From Tubiluchus corallicola (taxonomy: Eukaryota > Animalia > Priapulida), in assembly GCA_030141605.1 (NCBI GenBank), contig JAQGDQ010000297.1, positions 1 to 64,000 on the forward strand: DNA of 64,000 nucleotides, read 5' to 3'. Below are positions 15,872 through 28,740 of the stretch, one piece after another (position 1 is the first letter of the stretch; every line of letters starts with the position of its first letter). The position numbers and the translations under genes are program-made. The notes beneath the pieces were generated by a model. The model saw only the letters and a program-made list of their open reading frames with translations, was not told the origin of the DNA and did not search any database.

Positions 15872-18614
15872 CTAAAAGTTAACATATATTAATTACTAAG
15901 AGAAATTTACTGTAACTAATCAGCTCACGGTTTCTAACTACGGCGCTTGTCAAACTAGCAAAGAAATGACAACAAATTTTTCAAATACCTAACAAGCGGA
16001 GGCTTTGCACATTTCCATACAAATCGAAGAAAATCCATAAGGAGTTTGATATGTCCACATGCATACAAGTTTGTTCTTTGTCGTCGTTTCTTCTTATTTT
16101 TACTTCACCTGGTTAAATCATTTTTACATTAAAGGCTAAAGTGCAACATATAGGTCACAGTTACAGCAAGTTCCATATATGCACTGCAACTTCAGCAATT
16201 GTGGCGAATATTCAAAGGAATAAGATACTCGAAATTTTGACAAATGTTTCACAAGTCTGTACAATAAGTGAATACTATATAAGTGTAAATATATGATAAT
16301 AATAATTATATAATAAATATAAGTGAATATTACAGATAGCTAACAATCAGCAATTTTATAGCACTGATGCAATATCACTTATAGGCTATCTCTGGGTGAT
16401 AGACCTATACAGAACCTAACACGTGGAATAATCAATGGGGCGCCTGAATTACTGCCATGCCAAGCCAACAATGCCAGGCACACTTAATCGAATTACATAA
16501 CTGTTAACCAATTAGAAACGGTGATTGTTTAGAAGGAACGTGCAATAGAAGTTTTGTATTATTCTCTACTGCAAAATTATACCTTGCGTCTTAACCAATC
16601 AGAAGAGTAGAATTTTTCCTAATATTTATCTAACCATAGTACTTTATACGTACTGGCTATTTTAATTGCAGCATAACCCAGCCGTGCAATGGGCTGTTCC
16701 TAAATGAAATTAGATTGCGTAACGATATTTCAGTTACCTTCACCGTTTACACAGACAATAATCTCATCTCCTTCCTCCACAAGTCCAGCAAAGTTTTTAC
16801 TGACCACCCAGTACTCAGGCCTGTCCAGCAGATCATACGCATCGTCAGGTAATTGATTAGGTGACACTAGACGTGGATCACAGGTTGTTAAACCAAATCC
16901 AAGAGATCCTTTTGAGTCATTGACAGTCAACATTATCTAAATAGAACAAACATTTAAAATCATTGGTGTTTATCCATGGCATCCCTGTGGAAAAATGCTT
17001 TTAAAATTCATTAGTATTGTTACCTTCACATGGAATAAATGTGCATAAAATTAACAGGGGAGCATTATTCCGTTCTTATTAATATTTTTAGATGTCAAAA
17101 ACTCATTCGTGGTACTCAGAGTTACTATTAGTGTTACTGTTTTTTCATTTTCTTTCCCATTTCAGCCATCCTTGGCTCACGTTTCCTGCTGATTATCCGT
17201 AAATTATAAATTTAATACTGTATGCAGTATGTATGGACTAGATGGACATTAGGGCTTAGAACATTCATTGAACTAAAAATAATAAACCGCTCGTCGAAAT
17301 ACAAAATATACTGGGTATTAAAACCTGCAGGAATGTTTACCAATGAAACACCAGCAACTGATTGCAACAATGCACAAATCCAGTTAAATAGCATTAGACA
17401 TTACTTGCAATAATGTTTATTTGTAACCAAAATAGCATCATCCATTGTTTGCAATAATGTTTACTTGTAACCAAAATAGCATCATCCATTGTTTGCAATA
17501 ATGTTTACTTGTAACCAAAATAGCATCATCCATTGTTTGCAATAATGTTTACTTGTAACCAAAATAGCATCATCCATTGTTTGCAATAATGTTTACTTGT
17601 AACCAAAATAGCACCATCCATTGTTTGCAATAATGTTTACTTGTAACCAAAATAGCATCATCCATTGTTTGCAATAATGTTTACTTGTAACCAAAAACAA
17701 CATCGGCCAGCCATTGTTTGCAATAATTTCTATATGCAGACAGCACAGCATCAACCGTTACTTGCAACAGTGTCAGTATGTGACAAAAACAGTATTTGAC
17801 AGTGACTCCAATAACGTACAGGTGTAATAATAAACTGGTCGGTTTACCTGTACTATAATTTTCTCGTTTATCTTAACGAATCTGTTTGTGAAGACGTAGG
17901 CGTTACATCGTTCCGTATCTTTTCTGACAGCCAAGGCTGATTCTTGCTGCAGATGCACGTTCCGACCATGTATCTCGTGAAAGCTGAGTGGCTTCAACGT
18001 TCCCCCATAGTAACTAAACCGTGGCGTAGGCGGAGCGGTGACGTCAGATCGAATCCGCGTGGCTTCGTTTTGCACTGGAGGAGCTTCTAAGAAAAAAAAA
18101 CCAATTTAGCAAATTTAGAGTATTTTTGTACATTGTAGTAACTTGTTAATTTTCTTAGCAAGTAACGAACCAGATGTTTTTGAATATGGCAAAAATTATC
18201 TCTTCTAAGTTTGTTACAAATGCAAGCAGTTGTGTACTATTATAAATTACATTCATAAAAAGGTAAGTAAATTGTTTGTTTTACAATTAAGTAATTTTTA
18301 TCATACTTTTCCCGAAACTGTACTTATAATTCCCATTTAGTAGCCTGTTTTGTTCAAACAAATACAGTCATGTAAAAACAAATTTCTGTTATTTAAAGTC
18401 ACACAGTAAACTAATTATCAAAAGAAGTCACAGTTGAGAGACAACTGTTGTCAATTGTTGTGTGCAAATGGTTAAGCACAGGTAACTTACAATAATGTGA
18501 TTGATTTCTCCTGTGGGCTTATTGCTACATCTTGTAACAAGTTACTTAGCATATGTCGAGCTAATATTAACTTGCATATATAATAATAATAACAGTAATA
18601 ATAATAATAATAAT

Positions 18615-18668
<54 letters not shown>

Positions 18669-21600
18669 AATAATAATATTAACTGAGGTTCTAAACTCAA
18701 TCCCACGGACCTGGGGAAGGTCCTAAGCCTAACCTGTTTCCAAGAATTTCTATTACCCTATGATGAGTGAAACTAATACTTGAAGTTACATTTTTACAGA
18801 CAGAATTGCTTTACTGCAAAGACAGAATACAGATTTAAAAGAACTAAACTTTGTAGAAACCATGCAATGTTACCCTTCTGGTTCCACATATTTAACTGCA
18901 TTGTTATTTATCATATAACATTATGTAACTCTATTATGCAATTATGTACTTTTTATTTCTGTAATTTATTTAAGTACTCAAGTTGTCACACCTAACTGGT
19001 CACGGTAGCCATATTTGCAGTGGAGTACCTCGCTAACTTACTAACATTATCATTTTATACATTGTTAACTGTCATTGTCTAGTTTTACTGCAAGCTGTTA
19101 CTATGTACCTAGATTTGAATTTGAATTGCCCTCTGCGTGGCCTTACATAAGTCTCGGCACCCTAGGTCTTCCTTAACATGTCAAATTCTTATTTAAAAGA
19201 AAATCAAAAATATATTGTATTTTCTTCTAATAATATTATATTATATTTAATATTTATTCGCAAAGTTTTGCACACAAATGCAAGAAATGCAACGTGTTAG
19301 TAAATTAAAAAAATAATAAACTGTGCAAAAAGATAAGTCATTTAATGAAGTATAAAGCATTATTTTAAGTTCATCACTATCGAAACCATTTATAACTTGT
19401 TCGATATAAATTATCCAATATAGTTCCTTGCAAATAAAATCAATACCACTAAACTGATGTTGTTTCATTGAATTTACCCAAATACGCGTTTTAGTTTTAA
19501 TTATTTAAGTAACACTAGCCGTATTACCCAAATCTAATTTTAATTAGTGTATTGAGACTGGAATACTGATTTAAAATGGCTAGACTAGCTAAAACTACAT
19601 TGGCTTTTAAGCTCATTAAGTCTTAGAACAGTTTTTGTGTGTGTCTTGCAATCAATATTAGAAAGGCTTGTTTTCCAGATACGCAATGTCATACTAGTAT
19701 GAGAATTCGCTGGTATTCTTAAGATCCGACGTAAAGCTTTTCTAAAATTTATACTCAGTAAATTACAACTTTGTTTCATAGTGTCTCATAAGAGAGATAT
19801 AACAGATTTGGGTAGTTTATACTCATTTTGTAGTTTAAACATTAAAGTTTTCATATGGAGTCTATCAAATGAGTTCGAAAAGTCTAATAAGCAGCAATAG
19901 ATTAAGCAGCAAAATCACAAAATTTGTTTACTATTATCCAATGAACAATATTTACAATGCATGATATTAAGGTAACACTTCTGTAATTACTTTTTGTGTT
20001 GTGATTTTTATGCAGGTATCTCACATTTGGAAAGATAGTGCTCGTACAAACAGGACCGTAACGACGCTTAAACCTTGCATTGATTAGGATTGTTTTACGA
20101 TGTTATGATAAATTAGAGCCATTTATGACATAGTCACTTTCTAATCCAAGTGACCCATCACTCTTACCACATTTCAACTTTTTAATAGCAGATTTAATCT
20201 CACTTAATGTTATATGAGTTGTGTCTATAGGGTCTTTCAATGACTCCTCATGTAATTTACTGTAAAGGTTTGTCAGTTCAGTTTTGCTTGTACCTAATAA
20301 GTTTACTTTTATTATACATTTGTGTGTGATTGACGTGCATACACAGATATAATGCAGACATAATTAGATCAGTAAGTTGTATAATCATTTGCGTGAATTG
20401 TAATGTATTCATGATAAACTTGATTCGAAAATTTGAAGTTGACATTGAAATATCATACACTCACCATCGAACTGTACAGCTATTGTATTTCCATATACGT
20501 CTAATACAGGCCACAGTGGAAGAGATACGTCGACATTCTTCTCCAATGTCTTCTTTTCAACATTGTTTATTCCAAGGCGCAGTTCACCTCTCTCATTCAC
20601 AAAGAAAAATATAGTTGTTCCGATTTTAGCTTTCCCATTTTTCACAGATTTTATCCAGTAGCCAGGATTGCACAGTAGATCTGGAAGGGTTTGCTTAGGG
20701 AGAGATCCCGGAACGGAAAACAAAATTGGATCAACATTGGTAAAGCCAATACGCAAAGCATGTTTCCAGGCTTTTGAAGTTTCAACTATTTTCACATAGA
20801 CGCCTGAAATGCATTAAATTCTTATCATATTCTATCATAATGACTATTATGACGGCCACGATGATGATGATGATGATAACAACAGTGATAATGATGATAT
20901 TAATGACAATAAATAGACTGGTGATGTTGATAATGACGAGGACGATGGCAACGATAAGGTCGGTAATAATGATGATGATGATGATGTGATGACGATGATG
21001 ATGCTTACGCTACACAAGCTCAGTAAATTATTTTATAAGAAAAAGAACAATATATTATACTCTTAGAAACGGAACGAATTGTAGTAATAGCAATAATTAG
21101 TAATAAATAAATAAATAAATATTTACGCTCATTAACGCCGACTGCTCGGTTTCCAAAAGCTATCCCATTGCTCTCTTCGGCGGTGCGTCTTGCTAAACGG
21201 CCTTCGCAGTTTATGATTATATTTGATCCGCACACATGGTGGAATCGCATCGACAGTGGACTAGTTACAATCTCGGATCGTTCCTGCGAAAAATTTTTAC
21301 CTGAAATATTCCATAAATTACGGAAAATAAACGAATTGCTTTTCTTATGTACTATATTTTCCTATTGTCTATTCCCTAACACATCGCAAGCCCCTAATGA
21401 TTACTCACAGTCATCATACTGTCTTTAATTATTTTAGCTGTTTTAAAATACTCTACAACCAGCTGCTAAATTACCTAAAAATGACCATTTCTTACTGTTA
21501 CCTAGATAAATAAAAAATTTTCTTAGGTTTAGATAGAATGCCACTTTTGGATTAGAGAAATTGAACAACAAATATTGACCAAATTACGTAATCAAGGCGG

Positions 21601-23613
21601 CGAATTTCTATATCGTCTTAAAAAAACCAAACAAGTCGCTTACAGGTTTTTTCTTAGTCTTTTATTTCTCTTAACAGGTTGCTGTGCTTTGTAATGTAAG
21701 GTCATTGTTCTTTAGTTATTTGCCTTACTTTAATTTCGCATTTTGCCAAACAAAAGTGGGTCATTGCATCTACTTTAACTTTCAATTTGCTTTAGTTTTC
21801 CAGCTGGACAGGCTCAGGCATCCCCTGAATAACTAGAAACTTAAAGTTTTTTCATTTTTTTAAAATTACAATTAGAATTGTAATCACTTTGACAGAAGCT
21901 CGTTCACACAACAATAAATTATTTATTTCCATTTTGAGCTGATAATGATAACTCAGCATACGCGCCTACTCTGTTCAGAATAAATAAGAAATGAGTGTAA
22001 CATTTGTTCGTCAAAGAGACATTCGCACAGGCAAAACATCTCCTAGTGATCCCCCCCCCCCCTTAGTTAACGGCGAGTTCCCTACTTAGTTTTATTTAAC
22101 GGCTTGTTAAAGTAATTTTCTTTGACGCAGACGGTATCCATCAAGCGCGTATAAAACGCTGCATTCTCTGGTCTTCAAAGCAAACCTCCGCTCCCTTATC
22201 ATCCATTATCACACAGAGGTAAACTATGACCTTGTAAACACACGGTTCATTCAATCGTATGCGTCATAATTGCACGAATGTTTATCTTATGCGTCATAAG
22301 ACTGGTTTAGTTAAATTGGTAGCATCATCGTAGCATTGTACACACCAGTTAAATGTTGGACAGTTAAATTAAACATACCCGAGGTTAAATGATCTCGGGT
22401 ATGTACCTGTTCCTGCACAAAGCTAAAGGTTTCGTAGGGTCCGTTTCAGCAATTTAAAATAATGAAAAAAATCCTAGAAAAGAAGAGTGGCGATTGGTAA
22501 AAATTCAGCTAAATCGACCAAGAGACGAACTATCAGCCTCAGGTAGTTGCTCGCGTTGTCACGCAGTCACTCAACAAGCTAATCACTATCTAGGGAACTA
22601 ACCAGGTTAAAATATTTCACGTCTTGCGTTAAACTTTCTTGTTTTTTTATAGATTGTGAAATTGCCGTTTTACTTTGTTGGTCGAGACTGTACTGGGTCA
22701 TCGGTTTAATCCGGCATTTACAACCCAGGTCCACACATGGACCCGGCCCCAATACACGCACATAACCCTGCAATCGTCTCAGCTATAAAAGAGGTCCTGG
22801 ACTCGAACCTGTGTACACAAAAGGACCTTGAACACGGTTCTGGTAAACATATGGACAAGGACTCAGTCCCAGTATATACGTGGATCTGGACTCACTTCGG
22901 CACATACGTGGATCTGGGCTCCGTTCCAGATGAACCTAGACTATCAAAAGCAATAATACGACAAACTAATAGTAAATTGTAAAGTGAAAAATTTGTACAG
23001 CAGTTAGGTCCTACTCTCTTTTCTTTAGAAACACACACATTTTACGCATTTCGGTTCTATGCAAGCCGGGACTCAATGCTAGAGTCAACTTAATGTTGTT
23101 GGTTGCGCCAGGACCGGAACTCATAAAGAGGTAGTCTTCTAAGATGAATCAATGAAACGGCAGAAGGGACAAATGACAGCGCCAACCGGCAGGTGTGATT
23201 TTTTTGCAGGAGGACGATATTGAATCTATTCGTGACACACCAAACCAAGTCCTGATTAATAACCCATGTCAACGAAGAATTTGATTGACAATTTTCATTG
23301 ATAATTCATTCACAGTTTTGTGAGATAAATTTGTAGACATATAAATTTTCGTCGAAGAACCAGCGGTACCATTTTCAAGTCTTTCGTATGATTCGGTCGA
23401 GAGTTGAACCCATGAAATCCGGGTGGGAAGCGAGAATGCTATCATTGAGCTACGCCACCTAGTACAAAAGATCCCTTAAAAGAAAGTGTTGGCTGATGAT
23501 TATTAATGTATAACAGTGGCATGGTAATACAGTTTTGTTTCTGACATGTAAATTTTGAATTACTTACCCGACTTGTTCATAGTAGACTCGTATGCTGCAC
23601 TTGTACGAGGCAT
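14739..23613 (-). CDS. neur: Neuralized E3 ubiquitin ligase (NHR1, NHR2, Pro/Ser linker, C3HC4 RING); complement(join(14739..15871,15989..16108,16738..16936,17848..18086,20465..20803,21127..21300,23568..23613)), 749 aa
   Basis: Seven exons with GT-AG junctions join in frame (2250 nt). NHR motifs RFHHVCGSNI, ALRIGFTNVDP, PLWPVLDVYGNT, FHEIHGRNV, FGLTTCDP, DLLDRPEYWV, LWIFFDLYG; RING CTVC..CGHVCMCHAC..CPICRRPIKDVIK. The first exon is less certain than the rest. Confidence 0.93.
15989..16108 (-). CDS. neur: neuralized exon (end of NHR2)
   Basis: EVKIRRNDDKEQTCMHVDISNSLWIFFDLYGNVQSLRLL; phase 1-1. Confidence 0.92.
16738..16936 (-). CDS. neur: neuralized exon (NHR2 middle)
   Basis: IMLTVNDSKGSLGFGLTTCDP..DLLDRPEYWVV; phase 0-1. 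Confidence 0.93.
17405..17727. repeat. 44-bp tandem repeat, about 7 copies, intronic
   Basis: Unit TCCATTGTTTGCAATAATGTTTACTTGTAACCAAAATAGCATCA. Confidence 0.95.
17848..18086 (-). CDS. neur: neuralized exon (NHR2 start)
   Basis: PLSFHEIHGRNVHL..AYVFTNR..EKIIVQ; phase 1-0. Confidence 0.92.
18580..18680. repeat. (AAT)n(AAC)n microsatellite
   Basis: Directly visible. Confidence 0.95.
19580..20270 (-). mobile_element. Decayed LINE reverse-transcriptase fragment
   Basis: Minus-strand remnants KLKCGKSDGSLGLESD (KSPGPDG-like), IYCCLLDFSNSFDRLHMKTLMFKL (DFSKAFD-like) and FRKALRRILRIP; many stops. Confidence 0.7.
20465..20803 (-). CDS. neur: neuralized exon (NHR1 second part)
   Basis: VYVKIVET..ALRIGFTNVDP..PGYWIK..PLWPVLDVYGNT; phase 1-1. 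Confidence 0.94.
20835..21004. repeat. Degenerate (GAT)n microsatellite
   Basis: Directly visible. Confidence 0.85.
21127..21300 (-). CDS. neur: neuralized exon (NHR1 start)
   Basis: MRFHHVCGSNI..ARR..NGIAFGNRAVGVNE; phase 1-1. Confidence 0.92.
22725..22935. repeat. Degenerate about 30-bp minisatellite
   Basis: Recurrent GGACTC..CCAGTA.ATACGTGGATCT units. Confidence 0.6.
23350..23462 (-). mobile_element. tRNA(Gly-like)-derived SINE 5' part
   Basis: Minus strand GTAGCTCAATGATAGCATTCTCGCTTCCCACCCGG..GGGTTCAACTC followed by ATACGAAAGACTTGAAAATGGTACC, the core shared with 5.9 kb. Confidence 0.65.
23568..23613 (-). CDS. neur: neuralized candidate first coding exon (MPRTSAAYESTMNKS)
   Basis: Strong donor G|gtaagt in phase 1; acceptor at 23651 with an upstream in-frame TGA, implying a further 5' UTR exon. 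Confidence 0.65.
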
Positions 23614-26129
23614 GTTTCTGTTAGAGTTTAGTCACTGCAGTTTTATCAACCTAATAAACCAAAACCTTTTCTCAGTTGTAAAACCGATGCTGTTAACATT
23701 TTAATTGTAGAAAATGTTTGGGGATTGTTTGATGAACACCGCTTTTGTATTTTTTCGAGTACAAAGTTGCGGGTTCGATTCCTTGTCTAGGTTTATCTTA
23801 GAAAGATTATATATAGAAGCCTAACAGGGCAAGTAATCTTAAATGTGAAAGACTACCGTCAGTTTTTCAGATTCAGAGAGAGAACTATTATTTAACTGAT
23901 GCCATATTGCTAAACATTTAATTATAGCAGAACCGCGGGGAAAAACGCTTTCTTTATTTTTAAAACACACAGCTAAATTGAACTACAAAACCTATTACTC
24001 TGTACCATTCAACGGAAATCGTACGCTTTTGTTCTGTATTTTACTTTTCCTTGGTTATAAAGTTTTGCACAATGTTATTTTCTTTAACATTGATTTACAC
24101 TAATTTTCTTTACCATTTACATTACTTACCCGCTGTTTATATGTGATACGTGTACACTTGCAATAAAATTTATAAGGAAACTACAAACTGTTAAAGAAAA
24201 TGCTTGAAATAAATACATCGTTAAAGAATCTCTTATTAATTAGGAAAATAGAGCTCAGAACGGTCACTGACATCATGGGAAAATGTAAGTATTGTATTTT
24301 AATGCACATTTTATAGTCCAACTATGAATTCAGAGGGCGTGCTGCTTATTTTTTTGTTAATTGTTGTTTGACTAGTAACACCCATAGTACGCTTTTGTTC
24401 TGTATTTTATGTTCTTTCATTTCCTTTGGCTATAAAGTTTTGCACAAAGTAATTTTCTTTAACATTGATCTTTTATCATCTTTGTTCTTAAATATCACTT
24501 ACCTTAAAGTCTGTTGTTATGTCGAAAATGAAAGTTTGCTTCGACGTAATTTACACATTTTCGTCTCCAGGTAGATAATGCACACTAATGTGTTTCTACA
24601 GCACGCATGTATGGATGACGTCTTACTAGGACTTTGGTCTCTATTTAGATATGCACTCACACTTGTCAGTCATAATACATTTATTTTCTAACTTATGTAC
24701 ACATTGGGAAAACAGGTTTGCATTTTCCTTTGAAATTGGAAAACCTAAGCGGAAAACTCCACATACAGCAAAACCTGTCTTTCCATGCTCTGTTCCATCT
24801 GATTAATTAGTTCAATAACCCATTTATTTGCTATGTTCAAATGTTGCGTACAAATTTGCGTTTTTGGATAATCAACAGAGTTTGCAAAATTGTAGTGTTT
24901 GTGTTTTCATAGTTTGATTCTTTACAGCAGAAATTAAGCATTCGGCAACTGGGCTCACTTATGTAGATTGTTGAGACCGGACCAGAAACTACCTCACTGT
25001 GAAAATCATTGTTTAATTTGAGATACCGTCATACCAAACAAGCAGGTGTAAGCTACTCTTGTTTGTGAATGCGTCCTCTCTTACCCAATAACCTACGAGA
25101 GAAATAGCTTGGGACTTAAAACCGTCTAGAAACACTTCCAATGGCAATCACCCACCCATTTACTTTCCAGGCACAGAGTCGCTCAATTCTGGTCACAGCT
25201 TTTAAAACCGTGAAATGTCGGACACTTATGTTAGTTTATATAAGCGTTGATCATGCAATACGGGATGCTTCAAATTCATGAATACAGCGACAATGTCATA
25301 ATTTAGAGGTCATAATCACCGTTAATTATTGCAGCCTATTTTTACTGATGATAATAAAATAGTTTAGATATTCAACTTGAGTGTATATAGATTGTCTGCT
25401 TATATTTCAGCATAGAATTAAAGAAGAACCGTTCAAAAATTACCTAGCGCTTTTTGGTCATTTGTTATACTCCTTTCTCCTTGTCACGCCGTGTTCAGAC
25501 CCCCCTCCTCTAAAAAAGTATGTAACACCAGCAATAGTACTACCCCATTGTAGGTTTCCATTTGTCCAGTTATGAAAGTAGAAGCTTTTGAGCTGGATGT
25601 GTCAAAGTTTGTGATATTTTTCTAGGTCTTATTAAAATATGCATAAAATGGAGAATGTTGCAGTTCAGAAAAGAACTGAGCTTCTGATATTTTCATGCTA
25701 TATATATATATAGTGGAAAACGCAAAAGCATATAGATTGAATAAATTATCAAAGTTGATGCTTGAATTAAACTGAGTTTGTGATACTTCTATTTCACATA
25801 ATTATGACAAAATCTTTAAATATTACACTTTTCTTACAGATTAACAATAAATTTAAAAAAATTGCTTATCTGTTTTTTTTATTAAAACTTTATAAATTTT
25901 TTTGCAAGTGAATTTTACGCTAGCCTGTGTAAGCACATACACGTAGAGAACAAAGATGTTATGTAGCACATGGCTGAACCCCTTCTCCCCCTCGTCACAC
26001 TATAACACTTCTCCCTTTAGACGTTATATAATTTTTGAACTGTCCATTTTGCATTTTTTTCCTTTAAATGCGTTGTCATTGGTCAGCTGTATTTTCTGTG
26101 TGTATGGCAATAAAATTAATATCAAATAA

Positions 26130-26495
26130 ATATAATATAATGTAATGTAATGTAATGTAATATAATATAATATAAGGTAATATAATATAATATAATATAA
26201 TGTAATGTAATGTAATGTAATGTAATGTAATGTAATGTAATGTGATGTGATGTGATATGATATGATATGATATGATATGATGTGATGTGATATAATATAA
26301 TATAATATAATATAATATAATATAATATAATATAATGTAATGTAATGTAATGTAATGTAATGTAATATAATGTAATATAATATAATATAATATCATGTAA
26401 CGTAATGTAAAGTAATATAATTTAATGTAATGTAACGTAACATAATGTAATTTAATGAAACGTAACATAACATAGCATAGCATAACGTAATATAA
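26130..26495. repeat. Pentanucleotide microsatellite (TAATA/TAATG/TGATG/TGATA)
   Basis: Directly visible. Confidence 0.95.
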
Positions 26496-27813
26496 TTCTT
26501 TTTTATTCTAATTACAAACATTTGTCTTTAGGGATAAGATGCACCTAAACGTGGTGATATCAATATTGTCGCCATAATTCACTGTATGACTTCAAATATT
26601 TTAGAGTCACGGTACAATGGTGCCATATTAAATATAGTCAATCAACAGGTTCCTATTGCGTTCTCGAGCATTGTGGATATGCTTAGAAGTTCGTTTTGGC
26701 TTAGCCTGCGTTTTTAAACCCGTTCTTCTTGACTATAATGCAAGCAACAATTTAAGTTAAATGCTGTGCCATATTATCAAAATATCACTGTAATTATGCA
26801 ACATTATATCTTCTTTTGTATATATGGTATGTTAGGCGCTGTCAATAACAATAAAGTGTTGAGCAGCAGTTGATGGTAATTTTGAAAATACATCTTCGTG
26901 AATTACAGCAGGCTGATAGTTTTGCATTTTCCATTTAATAACTTTTATGATTGTTGGTTTTTATTCAAATTTAATCTTTGAGTTAAGTATTTTTGGCAGC
27001 TTTACGTAACACATAGGTAGTCCCTAATTACGTTTTAGTTTTCATTGATAGGCTTACAAATTATAATTTGACAAAGAATAACAATATAATATGACTTCAT
27101 CAAAAAAGTAATAATACCTACTACGCTGTTGCGCCAATTGTGGGCAAAATGTCGACATAGTTCTGGTTTGACACGCAAATTTAGTTAGCAAAAGTGTAAC
27201 ATCTTGAAGTAAGCATGCTTTTTCATTTTGTTATCTTGGATTCTTTAATATGACATAGTTTGTGTACATATGAGAAAAACACGTTGATTCACGGAAAAAA
27301 AATAAAGAAAAAAAATTATTACACTGCTGCATAAAAATTAATTTGCTTTGCAAGAAAGTGAAACTGTGTCTATAACAATGGAAAGCAAACAATTGTGAAA
27401 AATCTTTCTGAAACGAGTTAGTCATAAACCAGTGTGCCTCATTACCTAGAAAAAAGTTCCAAAGACAATTTGAAAAAAGAGTTCTGTTCTAAATGAGTGT
27501 CATAAATACAAGCTGACATATGAACTAGTTTAGCTTCATAATTAACCGTATTAAATGGCGTGAAAGTGCAGTAGAGCCAAATTATGCAAACGGTCATTTT
27601 AGTTTTTGTCAAATGAGTCCATCTGTAAGCTAATAGTCATTAGGGTCACAGCTTTGGCAAACCCCTAGGCGGATGTAATGCTTCATGACTAATTGACTGT
27701 CCAGCTTTGTTTGTGTTTTTCAAAAATTTTCGTTCTTTTTATCAAAATTTTAAAGGACGATAATTGACCTACGTATAATCGTGCAAGAAATTCGGATAGT
27801 TATGCAGGCCTAC

Positions 27814-27841
27814 GTTTTCCTTTCACTTTTGCCCAACCCAT
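27814..27841 (-). CDS. neuralized candidate alternative first coding exon (MGWAKVKGK-R)
   Basis: caaaaATGG start context; AAAC|gtaggc phase-1 donor in frame with exon 21300. The donor is weak. Confidence 0.4.
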
Positions 27842-28469
27842 TTTTGCCTGTTGTTCCCGAATCGAGAACTTTATTTTTGATTACAATAACTTTCATTCTT
27901 ATTTTATATAAGAAAGTTCATTGTTACTATTAGTGATAATTTTACTGTTAATGCTTTTACACTATTTTTAAAAACTGCTGTTTTTTACTTTTCATTTTTT
28001 TGCAAATGTTGGAACGTGAAAGCCGTTGTCGAAGAAAATGGGCAAAAACAGTGAGTGTGTGTGTTTGTGCTTTAGCACACGGTGCTGAAACACAAGAAAA
28101 ATTTGAATGTTTAGTGTCTAACAGTTTTTTCCCAGTTATCAGAATTCTCCATTGGAGAAGGTGAGAATCATTGATGTTCCTATGTTGGGAACGAAGGAGG
28201 ACAGGGATTCTAATGTGTGTGTGTCAGCACTGCAGTTACAATTATCATATAGTTATTCACCAGGCACACAGTAAATGACACATTTATTATGCCATGTGCA
28301 TAAATAATTTGAAAAATAAGTATCATATAACCGTGACTCAGTCTTGTAAATGTAACGAAATGACAAATTGACAAAAAGTCCCAATACGTGAAATAACAGC
28401 AATTACACATGTTATATCGCCAAGCCTTTCCACAGTTCCAGCGATTGATGATGATCGTCAAAAGGTCAA

Positions 28470-28740
28470 GGGTTAAGTGTACCGGACAATGCATTTGTGT
28501 ACACTTGACAACGCCTCGCAGCCCATACTAGTGTTCTAGTAACAGTTTAACAGGCAGCTAGAATCTTATCTAGTTCATTTTTTGCTTTTGCCACACATCA
28601 CGTGACGGTTGTAACTAAGACGCGTTGCTGTGGTACACTTAACCTTTCACCTAGAGCAACTGCGCGTGCCCGCAATGAAACTGTGAAAAGGCTTGTTCTG
28701 CTGCACATGTTGGGTAATTATGCTCGTGGGAAACGTCAAT
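28470..28740. promoter_or_regulatory. Candidate neur enhancer/promoter motif cluster
   Basis: CSL/Su(H) CGTGGGAA 28725-28732, HES-type GGCACGCG (minus, 28663-28670), CACGTG 28599-28604, CACATG about 28704. Motif matches only. Confidence 0.4.

Noticed and set aside
17405-17727. Regular 44-bp repeats resembling a CRISPR array
   Set aside because: Head-to-tail units with no unique spacers, in a eukaryotic intron, with no cas genes.
23395-23460. tRNA-Gly-like sequence
   Set aside because: Acceptor stem is poor and it runs into a SINE core, so it is not called a tRNA gene.
28440-28530. Minus-strand MGCEALSS start as another neur first exon
   Set aside because: The only nearby donor is phase 2, incompatible with exon 21300.
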